A stretch of 32,000 nt of DNA from Prevotella phage Lak-A1: sequence record MK250016.1, one strand, 5' to 3'. Made by a program: the position numbers and the translations under genes. The notes under the pieces were generated by a model. That model was not told the DNA's origin. It saw nothing but the letters and a program-made list of their open reading frames with translations, and searched no databases. The first letter of the stretch is position 1; the number at the start of each line of letters is the position of its first letter. Of this stretch, positions 1 through 8,057 are shown one piece after another.

Positions 1-1
1 T

Positions 2-796
2 ATGCGTAAGATTGAAGGTCTTCTTGTTGATTATGATCCAATCTCTATTGTTAAGAGAAAGATTATGCAGATGAATAAGAAGATTCAGGAAATTACTGAT
101 AATATGGGAAAGCTTCGAGGTCTTATTGATAAATCAGAAAAACGTATTCAAGATAAAAAGAAACAATGTGATCATGATTTTCAACTATTGAATAAGTATA
201 AAGAAACTGGTAAAGCACAAGATGCTGCTGTATATGAACGACAAGTTACTCGCCTTACTGAAGTAATTAAAAATTCAGAAGCACGACTTATTCAGTCAAA
301 GCAATGGTATGAAATTATGGGTAAACTGAAACACCAGGCTGAATTAACAGTACTTGATGCAACAAATGAAGTAAATGAACGTGTAGAAGAGTGGGAAATG
401 ATTAAAGCGCAGCATAAGGCATTTACATCTATTGTTGGAATTATTAATGGTAAGGATGATCAGTTTAGTTTATTTACTCGTGCAATGGATCATATGGCAG
501 ATGATATTTCACAGAAACTTGGAGAAATGTCATTTATCATCGAGGAAACAGGTGGTTTGATGTCAAAGATTGATATGGATAATCTTGTGATGTCAGATAA
601 AGCAAATGCACTTCTTGCACAATATAATTCTGGTGGTCTTGATGCTGTTCTTCTTGGAAGTTTTGCAAAGCAACCAATTGAACACGCACCAGCAGAAAAT
701 GTAGAGTTCAAAGAAGCAGAATTTACAAATTTGAATACTATTACAAATAATAGGAATAATGTACAACAAACATTAGGCCAACCAAATTGGTTTTAA
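2..796 (+). CDS. PspA/IM30-like coiled-coil protein (putative; start may lie upstream of the window)
   Basis: 264-aa ORF starting at base 2 and ending TAA. Long charged helical/coiled-coil composition (MNKKIQEITDNMGKLRGLIDKSEKRIQDKKKQ...). Precedes an SBP/OmpA gene. Confidence 0.5.
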   Translation: MRKIEGLLVDYDPISIVKRKIMQMNKKIQEITDNMGKLRGLIDKSEKRIQDKKKQCDHDFQLLNKYKETGKAQDAAVYERQVTRLTEVIKNSEARLIQSKQWYEIMGKLKHQAELTVLDATNEVNERVEEWEMIKAQHKAFTSIVGIINGKDDQFSLFTRAMDHMADDISQKLGEMSFIIEETGGLMSKIDMDNLVMSDKANALLAQYNSGGLDAVLLGSFAKQPIEHAPAENVEFKEAEFTNLNTITNNRNNVQQTLGQPNWF

Positions 797-803
797 TAAA
801 ATT

Positions 804-838
804 AAAGAGAATTGTGTAAAAAATACATGATTCTCTTT
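804..838 (+). terminator. Rho-independent terminator
   Basis: Stem AAAGAGAAT (804-812) / ATTCTCTTT (830-838) followed by a T-rich tract, directly after the 2-796 ORF. Confidence 0.8.
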
Positions 839-858
839 TTTATTTTTAAAAATATATG

Positions 859-866
859 TATCTTTG
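859..866 (+). promoter_or_regulatory. Bacteroidota-type -7 promoter element TATCTTTG
   Basis: Matches the TAnnTTTG consensus 22 nt upstream of the 888 ATG. The same context recurs at 5935, 6518, 9252 and 11556. Confidence 0.65.
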
Positions 867-887
867 AATTAATAAAATATTTATGTT

Positions 888-1217
888 ATGATAAAAATAG
901 TTGATACATCATATTATATTATTAATAATAAAGAAAAGAAAGAATTATTTATATATTACGATACAGAACATAAATTGGATTGTAATATGGATATACTTTC
1001 TTTTCAATTAGATTTTAATCTCAAAGATATTGATAATGATAATAAAGATGAAATTATTGAACAATATTTTAAAGATAATTGGACAAGATTTTTTATGATA
1101 AAATCAGTACCATATGGAGATTTAATGTCTATTGGTATTTCATTTGAACAAATATTAAATATGGTTAATGAAATAGCTAAATCAAAAATAATATTTGAAG
1201 ATTATAAATCAATTTAA
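888..1217 (+). CDS. hypothetical protein (109 aa)
   Basis: ORF with promoter-like motif upstream and TAA stop. Confidence 0.7.
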   Translation: MIKIVDTSYYIINNKEKKELFIYYDTEHKLDCNMDILSFQLDFNLKDIDNDNKDEIIEQYFKDNWTRFFMIKSVPYGDLMSIGISFEQILNMVNEIAKSKIIFEDYKSI

Positions 1218-1305
1218 TAGACTTTTTAATAAACACGATATAAAAGAAAAATAGAGAATAATATTAAACATTAATTTAAATAACTTTAATTAAGAATTAA
1301 AAATT

Positions 1306-2895
1306 ATGGCAAATGTTGTTTTGCGACCTTGGGTAAAGGTTGTTGGTGTTATTGCAGTTGTTGCTGCAATTATGTTTGGTGCTTCTAAATTTTTTGGAGG
1401 CAGTAATGATGGTGATAATAAGTCATCGAGTGACAGCGGCGGTTTTTTCAGCAGCATGTTTTCTGGTGGTGATGATGATGTAATCACCATTGGTACAAAT
1501 ACTTATGCAGGTTTTCTGCCATTTATGTATTTGAATAATGGTCTTGAACCTAATGAAGATTGTCCTATTTATAAGGAATATGGTCTTAAGTTGAAGATTG
1601 TTGTTCAGGATGATTTTGCTGCAGGACGTGCAGCATTCAATAATGGTGATATTGACATTATTTATTGTACTGCTGATGCTCTTCCTGTTGAGATGAGTGA
1701 AGGTTCAAATATGAATGATGCTCGTTTCTTTAATGTATCAAACTGGTCACGTGGAGCTGATGCTATTGTAGTTAATAAGAGTATTCAGAATGTAAGTAAC
1801 TTGATTGGTAAGGTTGTTTGTTGCTCTCAGGGTACAGCATCTCATACACTGTTGTTGAATACACTTGAAACAAATGGTATTGGAGCTGATAAGGTAAATA
1901 TGGGAAATTCTACAGATCCTAATAAGGTTAATATTAAGGTTGTAGATAACGGTCTTGAAGCTGCTTCTGCATTCCGTGCAGGTTCTTGTGATGCAGCTGT
2001 TGTATTCTCTCCAGATGATCAGGATTTGGTTGCAACTGTAAAGGGTGCACATGTATTGATTTCAACAAAGCAAGCATCTAATATTATTTGTGATGGTTTG
2101 ATTGCAAAGCAGAGCTACCTTGATTCTAATAAAGAGAATGTAAAGAAACTTATTTCTGCATTGTTGTATGCAAATGATAAAATGAATAGTGACGAAGCAG
2201 CAGTAAAGATTGCAGCTAAGGCTTTTGCAAAGGCATATGGAACAGATGAGAAGTTTGCAATTGATGGTTCTAAGAATATTCATTATATTACATTGGGAGA
2301 TGCACAGAACTTCTTTGGTTTGAATAGTTCATATACAGGTATGCAGGGTGATGAGCTATATTCAAAAATGGCACGTACTTATGAAAAGTTGGGTCTTTGT
2401 AAGAAACCACTTTCATGGCGAAAAGTTTCTTATCCTGATATTATTGAATCACTTGCATCTAATGCTGGTGAAGTAAAGGGTGATCAGGCTGCAGAAGCAT
2501 CAGTAAAGTTTAAAGAAACATCTACATCTGATGCAGAAACAAAGACTGCAATTTCAGATAAGAAGGTAACTATTGAATATCCTGTTGATAGTGATATTCT
2601 TGATAATAATGCGCAGTGTATTATTGATAGAGAGTTCGCTGGTATTGCAAAGCAGTTTGCAGGTGCAAAGATTCGTATTGTAGGAAATACTGATAATACT
2701 GGTAATTATGCATATAATGTTGAATTGTCACGAAGACGTGCACAATCAGTTGCAAATTATCTTGTAAAGGAATATGGATTTGATAAGAATCGATTCATTA
2801 TTGTTGGTAATGGTCCTAAACGTGCAGTAGAAGATAAAGTAGTAGGAAGTAATAATGCATATCGTACTACAGATTTTCAGTTGGTAACAGAGTAA
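1306..2895 (+). CDS. Membrane-anchored ABC transporter substrate-binding protein (NitT/TauT/phosphate-like) fused to C-terminal OmpA-like peptidoglycan-binding domain
   Basis: 529 aa. N-terminal hydrophobic segment VKVVGVIAVVAAIMFGA. SBP-like ITIGTNTYAGFLPFMYLNNGL...GDIDIIYCTADALP...VVFSPDDQDLV. OmpA-like IRIVGNTDNTGNYAYNVELSRRRAQSVANYLVKEYGFDKNRFIIVGNG. Confidence 0.85.
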   Translation: MANVVLRPWVKVVGVIAVVAAIMFGASKFFGGSNDGDNKSSSDSGGFFSSMFSGGDDDVITIGTNTYAGFLPFMYLNNGLEPNEDCPIYKEYGLKLKIVVQDDFAAGRAAFNNGDIDIIYCTADALPVEMSEGSNMNDARFFNVSNWSRGADAIVVNKSIQNVSNLIGKVVCCSQGTASHTLLLNTLETNGIGADKVNMGNSTDPNKVNIKVVDNGLEAASAFRAGSCDAAVVFSPDDQDLVATVKGAHVLISTKQASNIICDGLIAKQSYLDSNKENVKKLISALLYANDKMNSDEAAVKIAAKAFAKAYGTDEKFAIDGSKNIHYITLGDAQNFFGLNSSYTGMQGDELYSKMARTYEKLGLCKKPLSWRKVSYPDIIESLASNAGEVKGDQAAEASVKFKETSTSDAETKTAISDKKVTIEYPVDSDILDNNAQCIIDREFAGIAKQFAGAKIRIVGNTDNTGNYAYNVELSRRRAQSVANYLVKEYGFDKNRFIIVGNGPKRAVEDKVVGSNNAYRTTDFQLVTE

Positions 2896-2906
2896 TAAAA
2901 ATATAT

Positions 2907-2965
2907 AAACATGCGGTTTATAGAATAATATAATTTTAATTATATTCTATAGATCGCATGTTTTT
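2907..2965 (+). terminator. Rho-independent terminator
   Basis: Stem AAACATGCG (2907-2915) / CGCATGTTT (2955-2963) with an additional inner AT-rich stem and a T-run. Confidence 0.8.
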
Positions 2966-2974
2966 AATTTAGTT

Positions 2975-3427
2975 ATGAAATATAGAAATGATTTAATAGG
3001 TAAAAAAATTTTAATTATATGTAATAGTATAGGCAGCAGTTATAAAAGGTTATATTGTTCTTATGTATTAGGAAAAATAATTGAATATAACCCAGCTACA
3101 AATAAGATTATGGTTATTAGAAATACTGGACATATTGGTTCAGCTGTTGAATTTAAAATTAATAATCATGATCCTTTTGAATATCCATATTATTTTGATA
3201 ATCGGTTCGCATCAAGAGAACCAGAAAATGATAATGAAACATGGTGGTATGTAGCATTTGCTGATGATGAAGCTATACAATTATTAAAACGAAATTTATT
3301 AAAACAAAATAATAGAAGACCTGTATATAAATCATACTATTTATCAACTCTTTGCTATGGTAAACATAAATCTAAAAAAGAATATTTAACATATCTATTA
3401 AATGAATTAAACAATGAATCTAATTAA
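2975..3427 (+). CDS. hypothetical protein (150 aa) within ABC transporter locus
   Basis: ORF ending TAA; overlaps the permease start by 14 nt, suggesting translational coupling. Confidence 0.75.
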   Translation: MKYRNDLIGKKILIICNSIGSSYKRLYCSYVLGKIIEYNPATNKIMVIRNTGHIGSAVEFKINNHDPFEYPYYFDNRFASREPENDNETWWYVAFADDEAIQLLKRNLLKQNNRRPVYKSYYLSTLCYGKHKSKKEYLTYLLNELNNESN

Positions 3428-4250
3428 ACGTCTATTTAAATTTGGTGGTGATTCTGATTTTGGAACAGTTACCAATGTAATTATTAGTATTATTGGTGCA
3501 GTTATTATTATTATGGGATGGCATTGTATTTCAGCATATAACGTAGTACCTAGTAATATTCTTCCTGATCCTTTTAAAGTAATTGGTAGTATTCCAACAT
3601 TAATTTCAGAAAATCATTTATTTGCAAATATTTGGTATACAGTAAAATTGAATTTATCATGTTATGTGTATGCTATTTTATTTTCATTTCCTATAGGATT
3701 CTTAATTGCATTGTATCCTATTAATAATATCTTATTTGGAAAATATATTAATTCAGTCCGATTTATCCCATTGCCTTCTATTACAGGAATTTTCCTTGCA
3801 ATATTTGGTTTGACATTTGGAATGAAAGTATGGTTTTTAACAGTTGCAATTATGATTTATATTATTCCATCTGTTGTAAATAAAGTAAATGATTTGCAAA
3901 ACCCTGCTAATGAAAAAGATAATGTATATTTGCAAACTGCACAGACAATCGGAATGTCTTCATGGCAAAAATTCTGTTATGTATATTTCCCTTATGTAAC
4001 AGGTGGTGTAGTTGATTCTTGTATTGACTTATTGGCTATTAGTTATAGTTATGTTGTTATTGCAGAAATGATTTATAAAGATGGTGCAGTAAGTGGAATG
4101 GGTGCATTGATTAATACAATGGTTAGACAATCACAAATGGCATCTGCATTTGCATTACTTTTCCTTATTATCATTATCGGTTGTGTACAAGATTTTCTTT
4201 TTAAGAAAGGTGCAAAACTATTATTTCCTTACAAATATAAAAATGAATAA
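3414..4250 (+). CDS. ABC transporter permease (NitT/TauT-type, binding-protein-dependent transport inner membrane component)
   Basis: 278 aa, multiple TM segments. EAA-like loop AQTIGMSSWQKFCYVYFPYVTGG, followed by a downstream GMGALI segment. Confidence 0.88.
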   Translation: MNLIKRLFKFGGDSDFGTVTNVIISIIGAVIIIMGWHCISAYNVVPSNILPDPFKVIGSIPTLISENHLFANIWYTVKLNLSCYVYAILFSFPIGFLIALYPINNILFGKYINSVRFIPLPSITGIFLAIFGLTFGMKVWFLTVAIMIYIIPSVVNKVNDLQNPANEKDNVYLQTAQTIGMSSWQKFCYVYFPYVTGGVVDSCIDLLAISYSYVVIAEMIYKDGAVSGMGALINTMVRQSQMASAFALLFLIIIIGCVQDFLFKKGAKLLFPYKYKNE

Positions 4251-4255
4251 ACAGT

Positions 4256-5200
4256 ATGAGTGATTTTAAAACATTATTCGGACAAACAAATAATAATCAA
4301 GACGAGAAAAAGAATAATATTATTTCTGAACAGAATAATACATCTGTAGATGATTCTAATATTCAATCAAAGAATACAAATTCACAAGTAATTAATACTA
4401 CAACTGATGGTAAATATGAATGTGAAGATGTAGATGTATTTAATTTTGTAAATATCAATAAATCATTTGGTGATTTTAAGTTATTTGACAATCTTAATCT
4501 TACAATTAAAGACTTTAAAGATGAGGGACAATTCATTACATTTATAGGTCAATCTGGATGTGGGAAAACTCAGCTTCTTAAGATGATCTCAGGAATCTCA
4601 AAACCTGATTCCGGTAAGATTATGTTATATGGTAAGGAAATTAAAGAATCTGATAATATACCTATGGTATTTCAGCAGTATTCAAGTTTTGAATGGATGA
4701 CTGTTCTAGAAAATATCGCATTACCTATGAAACTTGCTGGTATTGATAAGAAAACGCGTGAAGAAAGAGCACGTAAAATTATTAATCTTATAGGTCTAGA
4801 TGGTAGTGAAAATAAGTATTGTAGATATGGTGTATTATCTGGTGGTATGTTGCAACGAGCATCAATAGGTAGAGCATTAGCATGTGATTCGAAACTATTG
4901 ATGTTAGATGAATATTCATCTGGTCTTGATTATTTTACAAAATTTGAACTTCAAGATTTGCTTCTTAAAATTTTCAATAATAGAGATGTTGACAGAACAT
5001 TTCTTATGGTAACGCATGATATTTCAGAGGCAGTTTACCTTTCTAATAGAATTTATATTTTGGAACCAAAACCTTGTCGTATTAAGGAAGTTATTGATAT
5101 TAAATTCAGTCAACCACGAACACAAGCTATTCGCGAAACAGATGAATTTAAAGAATATTACGCAAAAGTTTTAAAGGCATTAAATGAAACTGTTAAGTAA
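4256..5200 (+). CDS. ABC transporter ATP-binding protein (NitT/TauT-type) with Asn/Gln-rich N-terminal extension
   Basis: Walker A GQSGCGKT, Q-loop VFQQYSSF, signature LSGGMLQRASIGRAL, Walker B LLMLDEYSSGLD, switch His VTHDISEAV. Confidence 0.93.
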   Translation: MSDFKTLFGQTNNNQDEKKNNIISEQNNTSVDDSNIQSKNTNSQVINTTTDGKYECEDVDVFNFVNINKSFGDFKLFDNLNLTIKDFKDEGQFITFIGQSGCGKTQLLKMISGISKPDSGKIMLYGKEIKESDNIPMVFQQYSSFEWMTVLENIALPMKLAGIDKKTREERARKIINLIGLDGSENKYCRYGVLSGGMLQRASIGRALACDSKLLMLDEYSSGLDYFTKFELQDLLLKIFNNRDVDRTFLMVTHDISEAVYLSNRIYILEPKPCRIKEVIDIKFSQPRTQAIRETDEFKEYYAKVLKALNETVK

Positions 5201-5211
5201 ATTAGATAATT

Positions 5212-5550
5212 ATGGGAAAACATATTTATACATTTGGTGACTTAGAAAAAGGTGATCATATATTTAGATATAGAATTGTTAATGATAAAGCTAAAATTGA
5301 AACGTTAGTAATAGAAAATATTAAAATTAATAATAATAAAGCTATAATAAGTATAAAAGATTCTGGTACTATTTATACTATTGATAAAGATAGACAATAT
5401 ATTACTGGTGGTAATAATGATGATTGGTCTAGTTTTGCTCTTGTTTCTGATTATGAATTAGTAGAATTTATGAAAACTATTATTAATATAACAAAACAAC
5501 CTCTTATAAGAGCGCACACAAATATTATGGATTTTATATTAAATAAATGA
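5212..5550 (+). CDS. hypothetical protein (112 aa)
   Basis: ORF ending TGA, closely spaced after the ATPase. Confidence 0.65.
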   Translation: MGKHIYTFGDLEKGDHIFRYRIVNDKAKIETLVIENIKINNNKAIISIKDSGTIYTIDKDRQYITGGNNDDWSSFALVSDYELVEFMKTIINITKQPLIRAHTNIMDFILNK

Positions 5551-5568
5551 AACTGTTAAATAAATTAT

Positions 5569-5880
5569 ATGGTATTTTCAGAATTAACAAATAATAATAC
5601 AGTTACTATATATACAAAAAATGAGGTAAATACTTATTTTGTAAAACGAATAGAATCTAATAATGTATCAACAAATATATCATTAGAAGACTATAATTAT
5701 ATGATTACAGTTCCAAGAGATGTATCATTTTATATATTACATATAAATAATGATATTTCTATTATCACATGTGACAATAGAATAATTGAGTTAATTAATA
5801 CGGTTAAGAGATTAACAAAAAATTCTATAGGTCTTCAACTAAATGAACTATTTGGAAATGTATTCAAAACAAATATTTAA
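5569..5880 (+). CDS. hypothetical protein (103 aa)
   Basis: ORF followed by a strong terminator. Confidence 0.6.
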   Translation: MVFSELTNNNTVTIYTKNEVNTYFVKRIESNNVSTNISLEDYNYMITVPRDVSFYILHINNDISIITCDNRIIELINTVKRLTKNSIGLQLNELFGNVFKTNI

Positions 5881-5884
5881 TTAT

Positions 5885-5917
5885 AAATCATGGGTATTTT
5901 TTATCCATGATTTTTTT
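5885..5917 (+). terminator. Rho-independent terminator
   Basis: Stem AAATCATGG (5885-5893) / CCATGATTT (5905-5913) followed by a T-run. Confidence 0.85.
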
Positions 5918-5934
5918 ATTTTGAATAAAATATG

Positions 5935-5942
5935 TATCTTTG
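5935..5942 (+). promoter_or_regulatory. -7 promoter element TATCTTTG
   Basis: AATAAAATATGTATCTTTGTATTATTAATAAAATAAT context; 27 nt before the 5969 ATG. Confidence 0.7.
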
Positions 5943-5968
5943 TATTATTAATAAAATAATTAATTATT

Positions 5969-6493
5969 ATGAAGCAGTCTAAATTGTATACTAAGAATGA
6001 AGGAGGAAATTGTCATAGAGGTCATAATCATGGTTCTGAAAAGAAATACAGATCTCGATATGATAGACATAAAAAGATTACAAAATTTGAAATTGATAAT
6101 GAAATAACAAGGAAGAAATCTCATTATAATAAAAATAAACGAACAAATTATGATTATGGACCTCTATATAATTACTTACTTAAACAAGTAGGAAAGAAAT
6201 GGGAAACTGTATGGAAAGATATATTTCCACGTGTTGATAACAATTCTGAACCTATTTTATATATGGTTATAAATATAAATACACATGGAGTTGTTATTAC
6301 ACATGATATAAGTAATGCAGAACCTATGTTTAATTGTTCATTATATAATAATGGTGTTCGTTCTTATTCAACATTATATGTTGATGAAAATGATATATTA
6401 CAATTTGTTGATAAAGATTTCAAACCCAATGATAGATATGAAGGTCTTGGCTTTGGACAATCTTTCAATGGAAAAGAAATTTCTACCATATAA
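5969..6493 (+). CDS. hypothetical protein (174 aa, basic His/Arg/Lys-rich N-terminus)
   Basis: ORF with promoter motif and TAA stop. Confidence 0.7.
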   Translation: MKQSKLYTKNEGGNCHRGHNHGSEKKYRSRYDRHKKITKFEIDNEITRKKSHYNKNKRTNYDYGPLYNYLLKQVGKKWETVWKDIFPRVDNNSEPILYMVININTHGVVITHDISNAEPMFNCSLYNNGVRSYSTLYVDENDILQFVDKDFKPNDRYEGLGFGQSFNGKEISTI

Positions 6494-6517
6494 TTTTTTT
6501 ATTTGGAATAAAAGGTG

Positions 6518-6525
6518 TATCTTTG
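6518..6525 (+). promoter_or_regulatory. -7 promoter element TATCTTTG
   Basis: Part of a 49-nt promoter/5'UTR cassette (6515-6563) duplicated at 9249-9297. Confidence 0.7.
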
Positions 6526-6567
6526 TATTGTTAATGAAATAATAAACAATTAAAAATATAAAGAAAA

Positions 6568-6894
6568 ATGAGAGCAAATTTCACAACAGTTATCAAAAAG
6601 AGAGCAATTAAAAATGTACCAGCATTTCATGAGTTCTCTATGAGACAGATTAAGGTTATTAGTAATTCAGCTAATTATCCAAATTCTGTTACATTGTCTA
6701 TGGACATTTATTGTGATAATGTTGATGGATATATTTTCAATAATGCATCTACAAATGAGCAATATGCACTTACTGCAATTCAACTCAGTAAAGCATTACA
6801 GAAGATGATAAATAATAGAAAATGTTATAAGCCTAATAGTGAATCTGATTTACTTAGACTTACATTTGATATTATTGAATCTTTTAAATTTTAA
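6568..6894 (+). CDS. hypothetical protein (108 aa)
   Basis: ORF 43 nt after the -7 element. Confidence 0.7.
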   Translation: MRANFTTVIKKRAIKNVPAFHEFSMRQIKVISNSANYPNSVTLSMDIYCDNVDGYIFNNASTNEQYALTAIQLSKALQKMINNRKCYKPNSESDLLRLTFDIIESFKF

Positions 6895-7136
6895 TTGATT
6901 TAATGTAGACAATAATAAGATATTAGTATATAATATATAAATTGTTTAATGAAACAAATTAATGAATTTAAAATTAAATTTAAAAATAATTCATTAAAAA
7001 GTAGACAATTAATAATAAATAACATATAAATAATATAACAATTAAAAACAAACGCTTATTTAATTTTCGTAGCGTTATGGATAAGTTGAATGAAAATTCA
7101 GAAATTCCTTTTAGGACGAAGATACTAGTTATGTAT

Positions 7137-7222
7137 GCCAAGATGGTGGAATAGGTAGACACGCTAGACTTAAAATCTCGTGGACTGAAAAGTCCGTACG
7201 GGTTCGAGTCCCGTTCTTGGTA
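7137..7222 (+). tRNA. tRNA-Leu (anticodon UAA)
   Basis: Acceptor GCCAAGA/TCTTGGT. D-arm TGGTGGAATAGGTAGACACG. Anticodon loop CTTAAAA. Long variable arm GGACTGAAAAGTCC. T-arm ACGGGTTCGAGTCCCGT. CCA not encoded; one apparent mismatch in the anticodon stem. Confidence 0.92.
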
Positions 7223-7233
7223 CAAAAATTATT

Positions 7234-7270
7234 ATAGAGAATAAACAACATATGTTTATTCTCTATTTTT
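7234..7270 (+). terminator. Strong Rho-independent terminator after tRNA
   Basis: 14-bp perfect stem ATAGAGAATAAACA (7234-7247) / TGTTTATTCTCTAT (7253-7266), 5-nt loop, T-run. Confidence 0.88.
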
Positions 7271-7278
7271 TATATAAT

Positions 7279-8055
7279 ATGGCATATATAAATTTACATA
7301 AAATATCTGATACTTTATATAAATGTGATTGTGGAAAAGAATTTAATTCTGCACGTTCATTAGCATCTCATGCTAGATTTTGTAATTAGTATATAAAAGT
7401 AGATAAAACGACAATATATAAACAAAATGATGTATATAAATGTGAATGTGGTAACACATTTAAAAATTATTAGAGTTTTAATGCACATTTATCACATTGT
7501 GATATTCATCATAATTATAATAATACTACAAGAAAATTAAGACCATCTGAATTATATCATACAATGTCATGGGATAATAAATCATTATTTGAAATAGAAA
7601 TGATTAGATAGAGATCTGGACAAACATTTTCAAAAAAACAAAAAGCTGGAGAAATAATTAATTGGTGGAAAAATAGGCATTTAACAAATTTACATAAATT
7701 ACATATACGCGAAGGTATGTTAAATTATTTAGATAATTTATATGATACACATATATAGGCGCATTATAATAAAAAATCTATTTAGTTTATAAATGATTTA
7801 AATCTAAAAAATAATTGGCATTTACAACATGCTGAAAACGGAGGAGAAATACGTTGTTTAGGATATTTTTTAGATGGATATGATAAGGAAAAAAATATTG
7901 TATTTGAATATGATGAATCTAGACATTATATAGATGTTTATAATAATATATTAAGTAAAAAAGATATAGAACGACAAAATAACATTATTGATAAATTACA
8001 TTGTCAATTTTGGAGATATAATGAAAAAATAAAATTATTATATAGAGTATATTAA
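7279..8055 (+). CDS. Putative free-standing homing endonuclease (EDxHD/Vsr-like) with two N-terminal zinc-finger-like motifs; TAG-recoded
   Basis: Absent from the ORF track because of 5 in-frame TAGs (7387, 7471, 7609, 7756, 7786). With TAG=Gln it is a 258-aa ORF ending TAA. Motifs: KCDCGKEFNSARSLASHARFC, KCECGNTFKNYQSFNAHLSHC, GYFLDGYDKEKNIVFEYDESRHY...KKDIERQNNIIDKLHCQFWRY. Confidence 0.8.
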
Positions 8056-8057
8056 TC

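Noticed and set aside
1290-2283. Minus-strand ORFs 1290-1490, 1747-2052, 2062-2283 opposite the SBP gene
   Set aside because: Antisense to a clearly coding, domain-bearing gene.
7051-7076. AACGCT...AGCGTT hairpin as terminator upstream of the tRNA
   Set aside because: Only 6 bp with a 14-nt loop and no T-run. More likely a processing structure or chance.
7137-7222. Suppressor tRNA (CUA anticodon) explaining TAG readthrough
   Set aside because: The only tRNA found has anticodon loop CTTAAAA (UAA, Leu). No CUA suppressor was recognised; it may lie elsewhere in the genome.
6980-7225. 81-aa minus-strand ORF
   Set aside because: Overlaps the tRNA and has no supporting features.
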